From: Eledone cirrhosa
Taxonomy: Eukaryota
DNA length: 64,000 nt
NCBI GenBank assembly: GCA_964016885.1
Contig: OZ024740.1
Coordinates: forward strand, 355,632,001-355,696,000
Direction of reading: 5' to 3'
This document shows, piece by piece, positions 14,166 to 26,743 of this stretch. Numbering within the stretch: position 1 is the first letter of the stretch; each line of letters starts with the position of its first letter. The position numbers and the translations under genes are program-made. The notes beneath the pieces were generated by a model. That model was not told where the DNA came from and searched no databases. It saw nothing but the letters and a program-made list of their open reading frames with translations.

Positions 14166-14396
14166 GAAATTGGCCATCAAAAGTGAATTGTGTAAGCCAT
14201 GCCCATAATACAGTGTCATAATGCTGACTATAATACAGTATTCAAAGTGCCAATCACTGTCAAACCAACCCCCTGTGCTTTCATTCATATTCATGCATAC
14301 ATCCATTCAAACACCACACATACATATAATAAAACACACACTTACAAACACATACAACCCAATTTTGAAGTTCACTCAAATATCAACCTCCAATCA

Positions 14397-14433
<37 letters not shown>

Positions 14434-14854
14434 ACCAATGTTTTGGTTAATGTAGTCTGATAGTCTGATGCACAATGTGTGAAAAAAGATTGCATGGTTA
14501 TAACTATAACCTATTTCATCATAGGTATGCTGAATCAGAATCGGAGGTGACCTGGAGACTAAATAGCATCAACAACACATATATAATCAAGACATAGTGA
14601 TAATTCTTTCTACTTTTGGCACAAGGCCAGCAATTACTCCAGTGCATTATCGGTACTTTATTTTATTAACCCCGTAAAGATGAAAGGCAAAGTTAAACTC
14701 GGCAGAATTTGAACTCAGATCGTAAAGGGCCATAACTCTATGCTGCAAAGCATGTGTCTGACACTACTGATACTGCCTATCCAACACCTTTTATACTGCC
14801 AATCCACCAACATAGTGATAATAATGTTGAGAATAAAAATAAATTAGTACTTAC

Positions 14855-14962
14855 CCAAACAGCAATCACAGTAAACACCAAAGCCAAGGTAAATTGCCAA
14901 ATGCGCAATCCACTGGGGAGCCGAACATATAACTGGTCACTGTGGCCCAATATCTGACTGAG
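14855..14962 (-). CDS. TP53I11: TP53I11/PIG11-like coding exon (108 nt, phase 0-0)
   Basis: tttattctcacag|LSQILGHSDQLYVRLPSGLRIWQFTLALVFTVIAVW|gtaagt. Parallels TP53I11 [36 protein letters not shown] (first TM helix); canonical AG/GT. Confidence 0.9.
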
Positions 14963-17900
14963 CTGTGAGAATAAATAAATAAATTCAAATTGTAGCAAAT
15001 GAAAAGAGAAATTTATTGGAGTTCTTAAAGAAACAAAATAAAAATTAAATAAAACAAACTTGAATGAAAGTACATAGAACAGCTCCATCACATTCTGCCA
15101 TTCTAAACCCACTGCTGGTTGTAGGCCTACCTGTCTATGGTAATCAACTACAAGTTGAATGTGCTGCTGTGGTCAAGTAATTAGTCTTAGTTATTGTAGG
15201 ACTGCCTGTCTATGATGGTCAACTATAAGGTGATTGAGGTGTTTCCTAGGTCTACTGATTAGTATAGTCATTGGTACTGATGTAGAATTTCAACTCAGAA
15301 TACAAAGAAATGAATCAGAGACTGCAAGTCACCCTGCTCAATGCGCTAGTAATTCCATCAATTGATTGCCATAGACTGGGACTTTATTTATTGATACCCA
15401 AGTTGATCTTGGCAGAATTTGAACTTGGAGTGCAGAGAGTTAGAATAAATACTATAAGATATTCTATACAACACTCCAACAGGCTCTGCCAATTCACTAA
15501 ACATAACTATTCAGTGAGTATTTTCACCAAAACTTCAGTTTAGGTAATTTTGTTTCTTCTAACTCTTATATATTTATTTTGCAAGGTTTTTGATATGAAA
15601 TCGCGTGTTGAAACAAATATTGTTACACTTGGGGAGGGTCATATTGTTATAATATATATATGTATATAGTTCAAGGAAACGACAAACAGTGGTACAAAAA
15701 GTCTTATTAGTTTCATGCTTTAAAGTTCGACTATACATATATATACTGATTAGTCTAGTCATTGGTACTGAAGTAGAATTTCAACTCAGAATACAAAGAA
15801 ATGAATCAGAGACTGCAAGTCACCCTGCCCAATGCGCTAGTAATTCCATCAATTGATTGCCATAGACTGGTACTTTATTTATACATATATATATATAGTC
15901 TAGAAAAGGATATTTTTCTTTCAATACTTGGACAGTACTTAAACCAAAATTTAGCAATCTGAAAACTTATAAAGCAGCCTATACTTTGCTAAACAACAAA
16001 CACAGAGGCTGCAATTGTTCCTTTTTAAAATCTTTTTGCAACCAACAACCACCACAAATAAAGGTGGTCATGAGGAGATGCTATTTGTTGGAACAGTTGT
16101 TTTTACAGCTAGGTGCCATACATTACCTACTGGTGACCACTTAACCAGTAAGTTGGTATGAAATCTAATTTGCTTTTGTCAGTCAGGCAAACTGAAGCAA
16201 GTAGAGTTATGTGCCCATTGATCACAAATAAAATACATTGCAAAATAAAATGGTTCGAAAGTTCTTTTAACCACACAGTCATTCCAACATTATCAAGAAT
16301 GAATATAACTGATAAAAACAAGATTGCTTCATGCTGTGAAAAATGTTCAGTATTAGAGTAAAACCTTCGATATTTAATGTGATGTATTTATAGTGCTGTT
16401 TTATACTTTTCAAGAATATCTTGCTAATGTGGTCTCATGTAGTACAGGATGTTACGAGTTAAGTTAATAATAATAGTGATGTTGAATTTGATGGTTGTGA
16501 TAATGATGATGATGATGAATATCTTTAGCATAATATTAATGGTAATGATGATAGTTGTAGAAGTAATCAACAGCATCTTGAAGATGATAACAATTGTACT
16601 TCTGATGATAATTGTTTCTACTTTAGGCACAAGGCCAGCAATTACCCAGTTCATTGATAATGTCAGTGAAGAATGCAATGACAGAGATAGCTGTTGAAAG
16701 GATGATATCAGTGATATCAGTGATACCTTTTGAGACACTCATGGTAATGGTGGTGAGAGTGACAATTGTTGAGGTGATAATGATAAGGCTGGCAGTTGGT
16801 GAGGTATTGATGGTGATTGCAATGAGAGGCAGTGAGGTGTTTCTTCTCTCACCTCTTTCTGTTCAAACCGGCTGTAACCAGCTGCTCATACTGATGTTAA
16901 GGTATTGTTCTCAAAATAAATAATAAAGCAAAATCTGATATATTTGATATTTGTGAGATAATTAGGTGAGGTAAAGCTTTTACCATGAAAATATAGTAGT
17001 ATATATATAGAGTAATGTAAATGCTAAATGGTTAATCCCAAGCCAGACCTGATTTAGCCGACCTATGATCAAAAGTGTTCCAGCCATAAGTATCCTACCT
17101 TTTTACTATATCGGTTGCTATTTATAGTAGGTAATGCAACCACATAATGGCTTCCCCACTATCTAAGGGCTTGATTGCGATGACAATATGCAGAGAGTTG
17201 AGGTGATGATGATTATGGTAGCACTACGCAGTTAATATGGCTCTCATTACTGTGTCATTGATAAATGTGCTGGATAGATTGGTGTAGACATAGCTGAGTG
17301 GTTAAGGAGCTGCTTCAAAACCATATGGCTTTGTCACACAGTATAACACCCTGAGCAAGTGTCATCTGATATAGTCTTGGGTTGAATAATGTTTTGTGAG
17401 TGGAATTTGGTAGATGGAAACTGTGCAGATGCCCATTGTATATATATATATATATATATATATGTTTCACTTTCAACAAAAAAAAGGGGCAATATAAAAA
17501 AAAAAACTAAATTAAAAAAAAAAAAATTTAATGCACAGCCACTAATAAATGAAAATATATATACACACAGAGTGAGTGAGTGAGTGAGTGAGTGAGTGAG
17601 TGAGTGAGCGTGCGTGCGTGGTCTCTTGCCAAATTGCCAAGATAAAGATGCTAATCTACTTAAATGAAGTCACCCACCTTACTATAGTTATTTAAGGATT
17701 TCAATTGAAGAAAATTCCACATTTGGAAATAGATTGAGCAGACCCTGTTTAGATATTTTACTACTTACTTGAGTTGATAGATGTGTGTGTGTGTGTGTTG
17801 CATAGGTGATTATATCAGTATAACCTGATGTGTATATATGACTTTAAATACATTCCTCTATATGTTTGCATTTATTATAATCTTCAATTTGAAGTTAGAT

Positions 17901-20440
17901 GAATTAGAGACAAACAAAAAATGTTATGGATTAATAAAGTAAAATAAATAAATACACAACAAAGATTTACAAATGTTATTGAAGAATTACAAATAATCCA
18001 ATAAATTGATTTTTCATTTTTTATAAAACATATTTTACTCGTTACTGTTTGTGTTGGGGTAGTTGACACCTCATATTCAATGTCTTTTTCCATATTTTCA
18101 GTAGAGGAAATATGAATAGTTATCCTACATAAATAGCCTACTGATCTGCTAGTGTTACCTATAATAATGATGGTTTCTGATTTAGACACAAGGCCAGCAA
18201 TTTTGGGAGAGAGGAAAGTCCATTAAATTGATCCCAGTGCATGACAGGTACTTTATTTTATTGACCACTGTAAGAATGAAAGGCTAAGCTAACCTCAGTG
18301 GGATTTGAACTCAGAACGTAAAGGGCCGTGACTATGTTGTGAAGCATGTTGGCCAACACACTATTGATACTGCCAATCCACTGCTCTTAATGGTCTCTGA
18401 TTTAGGCAAAAGACCAGCAATTTTGGAAGAGGGGAAAGCCAATTAAATTAACCCCAGTGCATTACTGGTATTTCATTTTATCGGTGGTGATGAGGAAGAT
18501 GATGGTGGTGATGTTGATAAACACTTCTGACAAAGAAGATGTTCAAGCAAATGATTGACTTGTTGAGTTAACATATGAAATGGCTGAGTATTTCACAGAC
18601 ACATGTACTCAATGCAATTCCAAAATGACATTCACATGTCATGGTGTCACAAGGCTGCACCTCTGAATTACAGACAATTCATCTGATGGGTTTCCATACA
18701 GTTTCTGTTTACCCAATTTCATTCACAAGGCTAAAGTCAAACTAAAGTTATAGTAAAAAACACTTGTGCAAGATGCCACACAATTTGATTACACCCAAGA
18801 CCTCATGAACACAAAACGAGCTTCTTAACCACTAGGCCATACCTGTATCTCATGCTTTTAACTCCTCAAGAAGTCGTAGGAACACTGTTGCGATATATGG
18901 AATGTCTTAGGCATTTAAACCTAGTAAAGCCTATCTCTCTCCATGTCTAAACACAACAAATTAGAGAGAGAGAGGGGGGGGGGGAATAAACCCCAGTATT
19001 GGATTGGTATGTGATCAATCTCAAAAGATGGCCAGAATGAACACTGCGAATGATTCTATCTGACATTCTAATGACCCTAGAATATAGTATAAACATTCAA
19101 TAGCACAGGTTTACAGCACACTAAAAAGCAACTTTCCCAATCATACAAGGTCATAAATTTGTTGTAAAGTCAACATAAATTTGTTGTATAGTCAACTAAA
19201 CTCATCCTACTAGGATGAGTTTAGTTGACTATACAACAAATTTGTACTAGGATTCCTAGTACATATTTCTAACTAAATTCTATGAGATACTCTACAGTGT
19301 CTGCCACTGTTACTCCTGCATTATCATAAAGTACCAGTAATGTACTGGGTATTTGCTAGCCTTGTGCCAAAAGTAGAAACAATTATTATTGTTAAAATGT
19401 TTTGTGGTATTTAGTTATGACATTCAATGTTCTGAGTTCAATTTCTGCCAAGGTCAACTTTGCCTTCCATCCTTCCAGGGGTCAATAAAAGTTAAGTACT
19501 GGGGGTTGAATTTCCCCTAACATCAATTTACTGGCCTTGGACCAATGTTAAAAACCCTTATCTTGTTCATTGGTAAACATAGGGACCAAATTCCTAAATA
19601 TTTCCTACTTCACCCCACACTTCAGAGAGAGAAAGCAAGAGGGGGGGGGGAGAGAGAAAGAGACAAGGAAAAAATGTAATTTATGTCATTTTTTTTTATG
19701 TTCATTTTTATATGCTTGCATAAACTGGACAGGTTTTTTCCAGTGCACCATGCTGCCACATGTGCTTCATCATCTCTGTGAGGTCTAGTGTTTTGAGATC
19801 CATGCACAACACTTTTACCCAGATTTTTTTAGATCATTCCTCTACTGCACTGCATGTCTATACCATCAGTCCTCTTTCCTGCACACTACATCTGATTCCT
19901 CGTACACTCAGAAAATATACAAACAAGAAAAATAAATAAATGAAATCTTTCTATTCTTAACTACCTGAATCCAGTCTCAGTCTGATAAGTTATTTATATT
20001 CACCTATTAGTGTCAGTATTCGTGTTTCTATTTATTACTGTAAATAGTAAATTATGTAAATGACATAAATTATGCTAACTTGTGAGTCTATGCCACTAAA
20101 ATTGACAGTGATTCCCACACTTAAAAGTTATTCATATGCATGATTTATATGAAAGAATGGGAGAAAATGTCTACAGAATTTACAGCCTAGACAATAGATG
20201 AATTGAAGTGGAAGAGTGTAGAGGTCTCTTAGATGAATGGATAAATGGCCATTAGAATCCTGCTAAATATACATTATTAGGAAATTAGAGACCAATGTTG
20301 TATTGATGTTGTCTGTTTTAATGTAAAAATTAACTTTTACCTTCTCTACCTTTCTCTCAACATGAGTCACTCCATCTTTCTGTTCCCCTTTTTAGTATTT
20401 GTGACATCAAACTGTTTTTTACTCTCCTTTATATATATAT

Positions 20441-20690
20441 ATCATCATCATCGTTTAACATCCATCTTCCACTCTAGCATGGGAAAGATGGGCTGTCCCT
20501 TTGTGAGACATCAGGTTGGAGGACCATGATTCGCTCACACACAGCTGATTTGGCTTTATTTCTATGGCTGGATACCCTTCCTAACACCAACCACATTTAC
20601 AGTGTGCACTGGGTGCTTTTTGTCGTGATACTTACACGACCACTTTACAATGCGGACTGGGTGCTTTTTGTCATGACACCTACAGGTGGG
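20441..20690 (-). mobile_element. Older RTE 3'-UTR stub directly adjacent to the young full-length copy
   Basis: (CAT)n-CGTTTAACATCC...CCCTTCCTAACACCAACCACATTTACAGTGTG. Confidence 0.75.
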
Positions 20691-21098
20691 CGGCTCGATA
20701 TCATCATCATCATCATCATCAACGTTTAACGTCCGTGTTCCACGCTTGCATGGGTTTGGACGGGGGTAGTCCCACTTGAGGCAAGAGTGATTGTCTTGCT
20801 CGCATAGGACTGTCTGGCAGGTTTTCTACAGTTGGATGCCCTTCCTAACACCAACCACATTTACAGTGTGGGACTGGGAGGTTTTTACCGTGTTGCCTAC
20901 ATGGCCACATTACAGCGTGGACTGTGTGTTTTTTTGTCGTGACACCTACACGATCTCATTTGTTTCGGCCTCGATGGCGCGGCACCAACATAACTTTACA
21001 TAGAACGGGGTGGTGTGGATCGGGTGGGGGTGGTGGTGGTGGGACGGGGTGTATTTTGTTAGAGATGCCTACTGGCTGGAGTAGGTTTTACTATATAT

Positions 21099-24000
21099 TT
21101 AGGTAAGGCGGGTCTTCTCTGTTACTGAGTACCGCCAAAGGTCTCGGTCCAGTGACATTGTCTTGGAGAGGTGTAAGTGTGTGATGTCGGAGTTTATCAG
21201 CTCGTCCCAGGTTTTTCTAGGTCTGCCTATTCCGTGACTACCGTCTATCTTTATTGCCCTGCACTTTGTTATACAGCTATCGACTTTCATGCGCATCACG
21301 TGTCCATACCAACGTAGCCTTCTCTCGAGTAAACAACATCTGATCCCTCTTATCTCTAATTTTTTCCTTAGTTCGTTTATGCTTTGCCGTTCACGTATAT
21401 TACTGTTACACATCCAGCGGAGCATGCAAGCTTCGTTCCTCTCTAGTCTGCGTATATCCTCTGCACACAATGCCCAGGTCTCACTGCCATGCAGCATTGC
21501 TGTTCGTATGCAGGCATCGTACAACCTGCCTTTCATTTTTAGTGAGAACCCTTTAGCAGCTAATAGTGGTATAAGCTCTCTGAACTTTTTCCAACCAGTT
21601 CTGACTCTAGCTACAGTACTTTCAGAGCACCCTCCCCCACTGCTGATTTTATCGCCCAGGTAACGAAAGCTGTCCACTATTTCTATAGAACCCTCTGCGC
21701 AATTGAAAGAGCTAGTAGTTTGTGGGCACTTGCTGCTACTTATTGCACCAGAGCACCGGCCACATGTAAAATCTATGTTCTTAGTTAGCTTACCTGTGAT
21801 CCCACTACATCTTTTATGCACCCATACTTTGCATTTAGGACATAAAATGGAGTTTCTACCTACGCCTTTCCTACACACCGAGCACGACCATTTCCCAGAA
21901 GGGACCGCCGCCTTGTTTTCTTTCCTACAAACTAGTACTTTGGTCTTAGCCAGGTTAATTTTAAGTCCTTTTGACTCTAGGCCGTGCTTCCATGTTTGGA
22001 ATTTCTTCTCTAGCTCGGCCATTGATTCCGCTATGAGTGTCAGGTCGTCTGCGTATAGGAGTTCCCATGGGCAGCCTGTCTTGAACTCCTCTGTTATAGC
22101 CTGAAGGGCAATAATAAATAGTAGTGGACTGAGAACAGAGCCCTGATGGACGCCAACTTTTACGCTAAACTCTTCACTATATTCGTTGTTAATTCTAACC
22201 TTGCTGACTGTTTCTTTATACATGGCTTGTATAGCCCTCACAAGCCATTCGTCAACGCCTAGTTTTCTAAGAGCCCACCAGATAATGGAGCGGGGGACTC
22301 TGTCGAAGGCTTTCTCCAAGTCGACAAAAGCTAAGTAGAGGGGTTTACCTTTAGCTAGGTACTTCTCCTGTAGTTGTTGTACTATGAAAAGAGCGTCTGT
22401 GGTACTTTTGCCTGACACAAACCCGAACTGCATTTCATCTAGGTCAATTCTCTCTCTGATTAGTTGCGCTATTACTTTTTCCGTGACCTTCATGACCTGG
22501 TCGATTAATTTAATGCCTCTATAGTTACTCCTATCTAGGGCGTCTCCTTTACCCTTATAACAGTTAACGATGATGCTGCTATGCCAGTCCTTCGGAACAA
22601 CCCCATTCTGTACGACTTGGTTAACTATGCGGGTGACCATGGTGTGTCCCACCGTGCCAGATGCCTTCAGCATCTCAGCAACTATTTCCGAAGGCCCAGC
22701 CGCCTTACCAGTCTTCATATCCTTGATTGCCTTACTTATTATACTCCCCTCGACTAACACTGCTGGTCCCTCTATTGGGTCGATATGGGGGAGACTGCCT
22801 TTCTCCCAATTATTCTCCTCATTTAGTAGCCTTTCATAGTGACACTTCCAAGCTACCTTCTTATCAGCGTCGGTGATGGCAAGTGTGCCATCGTCGTTTA
22901 GTACACACTTCTCCCCGACAATATCACGGTTTTCCTTGACGCATTGCCTAGCAATCCTGAACACCTCACGTTTTTGGTCATCGCGTTGTAGAACATGCTT
23001 GAACTTTCTTTCCTCAGCTTCCCTTCTTGCTAAGTACACTTGTCTCCTAGCTTCCCTCCTGGCCACTTGATAGTCCTCTCTACTTCCCCCATCCCGCCAT
23101 ACTTTCCAAGCCTGCTTTTTGGCCTTAATTGACCCCTCCACCTTACTGTTCCACCACCATGTTACTCTCCTCCTGCCTACAGGCCTGCTCCAGCCACAGA
23201 CCTCGTCTGTCGCCAACAGCAGGTTTGCTTTCAGAAATTCTCACTCTCCCTCTATATTGTCCGACTCTAAATGTTCTTCCTTACTGTCGAAAGCATCAAG
23301 TAATATGCTTTGAAATTTATTCCTGGCTGTGGGGTCCTTTAGCTTCATATTTTCCTCCTGAGGATAGTCCTCTTCTGTTGTCGAGTACGTCTCGTCCTGA
23401 CTATGAGGTCGCTAATTATAAGTCTATGTTGGGAGGTGCATTCTTCATGGGGGAGGGATTTAGTGTTAACAACAGACACTCTGTCACGTCTTCTGGTAAG
23501 GATATAATCTACCTGGCTTGTGTGTTCCCCGGATCTATAGGTGATCAGGTGATTGTCACGTTTTTTGAAGTTAGTGTTACAGATAGTTAGGTTATTTGCA
23601 TCACAGAATTCCAGGATTCTGGAGCCTTCCTCATTTCTAGTACCAAACCCATAGCCTCCATGGATTTCGTCGTAGCCGTCACAATGTTGTCCAACGTGAC
23701 CATTTAGGTCGCCTGCGATAATTATATAGTCACTGTCGGATATTTGGGAGGTAGTTAGCATCAGTGTCTCATAGAATCTGTCTTTTATAGTGCCGGGCAG
23801 TCCGGATTGGGGTGCGTACGCAGATATTACTGTCACCGTAGTTCTATTGAGGACAAGTCGTATTTTAATTATTCTGTCGTTCACTCTATTTACGTCTATT
23901 ATCTTATCTGCCCACTTTTCTGCTACCATGATTCCTACTCCACCCAGCCCATCGTCGTTTCCCACCCAGAAAAGCTTATAACATCGTTTTTTACCCTCAA

Positions 24001-24280
24001 TGAACCTAGCAGAACCACCCCTCCACCTGGTCTCTTGAATACAACAAACATCGACCTCCTTACGTTCAAGCATTTCTACAACCTCGTTAGCGCGACCCTT
24101 TAGGGTGCCTACATTTATGGTACCAACTCTGAAGTTTTGGATTGCGTTTGGGGGTTGGGGGCGGTGAGGGGTGGGGGGCGATGGTGTTATGTTGGCCGTC
24201 CGCGGTCGAAACAATGAGGAGTGCTCGCATTCTCGTCCAAGAGGTGAATTTGTCTTTATCTTTATCTTTATCTTTGGCAT
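21099..24280 (-). pseudogene. RTE ORF (APE-RT) with two lesions
   Basis: APE motifs GTINVGTL, CCIQETRW, SAYAPQ, AGDLNGHVG, QVDYIL, SQHRLI; full RT motifs. A 1-nt deletion near 23346 (ATA TG- AAG, expected IWK) and TGA at 23243-23241 (EGE*EFLK, expected W) break the frame. Confidence 0.9.
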
Positions 24281-24393
24281 TGTCGCTGAGCGTCCAGATT
24301 TTTCTCTCTCACCTCCACTCTCCAGGATTCCGCAGTCCATCCATCCATCATATATCGTATATCGAAAGGCAACCAGGCAAGCGATAGTATAGG

Positions 24394-24490
24394 CCTCTGG
24401 TTTCTGATTGGTCCGCGTAATAATACTGGTGATGCGTGGGGGCTCTGTTTTATGATTGGTCCACGTAATAGCAATGGTGGTGCGTGGGGG
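24394..24490 (-). promoter_or_regulatory. Two ~48-bp tandem units with CCAAT boxes in the RTE 5' UTR (candidate internal promoter)
   Basis: CTCTG(G/T)TTT(C/A)TGATTGGTCC(G/A)CGTAATA...TGCGTGGGGG twice; ACCAATCA on the element sense strand. Confidence 0.45.
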
Positions 24491-25051
24491 TGGGAGGGAG
24501 GGGTGTTGGGTAGCTAGCAAGAAGGTAATGATTGAATGGGGTCCTTACATTTAACAAGCGATTAACAAAAATACAAAATTTGTTCTGTTAAATACGTCCA
24601 AAAACTTACGTATTTAGCAATTAATAGAAACAGAAAATGTAGTTTGTTTTAGCGATAGATTGGCTATTTGGACTTGATACGAAAAATGGATTGTTTTGAA
24701 AATACGCTAGAATTAAGATTTGTGGAGGGAGAGAGATGAAGTCTGTACATTACGTTTACATGAATATCGTGGACAGATATATATAAAAACATACATACAT
24801 ATAAACAAGAGTATCATTGGAAAAATTAACTTCTTTCATTTATTGAATGAAAGAAGTTAAATTTTCCATCGATACTTGTTTATATTTGCTCTGCGTTTAT
24901 ACCTATACTTCCTCACTAATAAATTTTTCTCTTCAAACCTGTATATATTATATAAACCAATTGAGTTATTCCTTTTAAAACGTGGCAATAACATACTACA
25001 ATTATAATCCTCTACTTCATTTCGAGAATTTTGTGTATAGTTCTACCTTTG

Positions 25052-25105
<54 letters not shown>

Positions 25106-26743
25106 AACGATATATCAATTGAGAAATAAACTAATATTTTATACATATATATAATATGTAAATTGAAATTCATACTCCTAGTTGTTAAACAGACCTGTCT
25201 ATGAGAGTATAGGCCATTTTAACACCTAGGTGTATGTATTTAGATTTACATATTAGATTTACTAATTTGTTTCTGAATTGATATATGATGTTATATATTG
25301 TTTATACTTATATTATAGATGTTCTGAACTGACGTTTATTAAGATTTATACCAAGAAACATTATCAATATATATTTTATATGTATAGGTTAAACCTAAAA
25401 TTAGCTTATATCTATATTTAATTGGCAGTAGCACTAAGACAGCATTTAAGCATAGTAGAAGTGTATATGAAAATGTATATAATATGCTCATATACAATAA
25501 ACATATGAGTAGCCTTGCTGCTGAAGAAAGACATTTTTGTAATGAAATGAAAAAAGTTATACTTTTCTCCATTTTCCTTCATGAATATATCACCAGGTTG
25601 TTTTGAGACTGTCAGACAGTGCTGTTTCAAGATTTGTTAGTGACACTCACTTAAAATATACTGGCATGAAATAAACTATTGTAGTCCACCCATCTGGAAA
25701 TTTTGCATTATGATCACTTGTTCCAGATGCTCATTTGCATATAGCAAAGCAAAAAACATTGGCTGGATGTCGTCATTTGCATATAGTGCAAGATTGGTTA
25801 GTTATATTCTCAGAACATACAGGCAACTTGGTGATATATTCACTGAGGAAAATACAGAAAAGTATAATTATTTTTGTTTCATTATGGAAAAATGTATTTT
25901 TCTTTAGTAGTACGGCTACCCATATGTTGAGTTTCCTTGAACAACGATGATTATACTTCTCCACTTGTCCCTATCCAGCATGGTTTCTGTGAGTTCATTC
26001 TTTATAAAACTGCTCCAGAAGCATGGCATGGCACTTGTTCGTCTACCATGTGTGGGTTCCCATATCAATAACTGGTGTAATCCCTCTGCCTGATCTCTTC
26101 ACCATGTGACCTATGAGACCAAGTCTTTCTACCAGTAATTTCATTGACAGTTGTCCAAGTAATTTTTAGTAATTGGTTTTGTACTGTGTTTGACATGATG
26201 TTGATTTTGTTGTTTATATACATAATAAGCTCTTCATTATATGTAACTTCAAGATCATGTTTGGCTGCTTGGAAACAATCATTATCATCATCATATATAC
26301 ATTTGTGCGCAAGTTCTGTTTAGATTACCACTGTCTGGTTTTTCGTTTTATTTTTGTCATTTTTTATTTAATATTTTTTAGAATTTTATTTTTATTATTT
26401 TTCATATCCCATATATATATTTTTATAGATTATTATTTGTGTGTATATATGTGATTGTACATATTTTATGCATGTATATGTGTGAGTGTGTTATATGAGT
26501 ACGTATGTCTATATGTATGTGTATGTATATTTACGTTATGTATGTGTGTTTATATGTATATATAAACACACATTTATGTATGTGTGTGTGTATGTATCTA
26601 TATTTTTATTTTTTATTTTATGTATATGTGCAAGTATGTATATCTGATTGTGTGTGTACATGTATTTTTTCCGTTATTTTAATTCAGCCTCACCTTCATC
26701 TGTAATAGATTTTAATTTCATATCTTATATCCATAACATAGAT

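Larger units (their letters stand above)
20699..24775 (-). mobile_element. Full-length, near-intact RTE-clade LINE (APE endonuclease + RT with PHD insert)
   Basis: 5' UTR (left limit approximate), single ORF from about ATG 24280 to stop 21099, 3' UTR and (GAT)n tail at ~20699-20720. Near-identical to 2093-4212 over the shared 3' 2.1 kb. Confidence 0.95.

Noticed and set aside
16127-16335. Possible extra minus-strand exon (cag acceptor, gtaatg donor)
   Set aside because: The only open frame ends in TAG before the donor, and TP53I11 is already contiguous from HRSK to LSQ without it.
23241-23350. Programmed frameshift or readthrough between EN and RT
   Set aside because: No slippery heptamer; RTE elements normally have one ORF, and both breaks fall at expected Trp codons, so they are best read as mutations or errors.
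24490-24780. HDV-like ribozyme at the RTE 5' end
   Set aside because: Could not identify the nested double-pseudoknot pairing by eye; no clear TSD was found either, so the 5' boundary is approximate.
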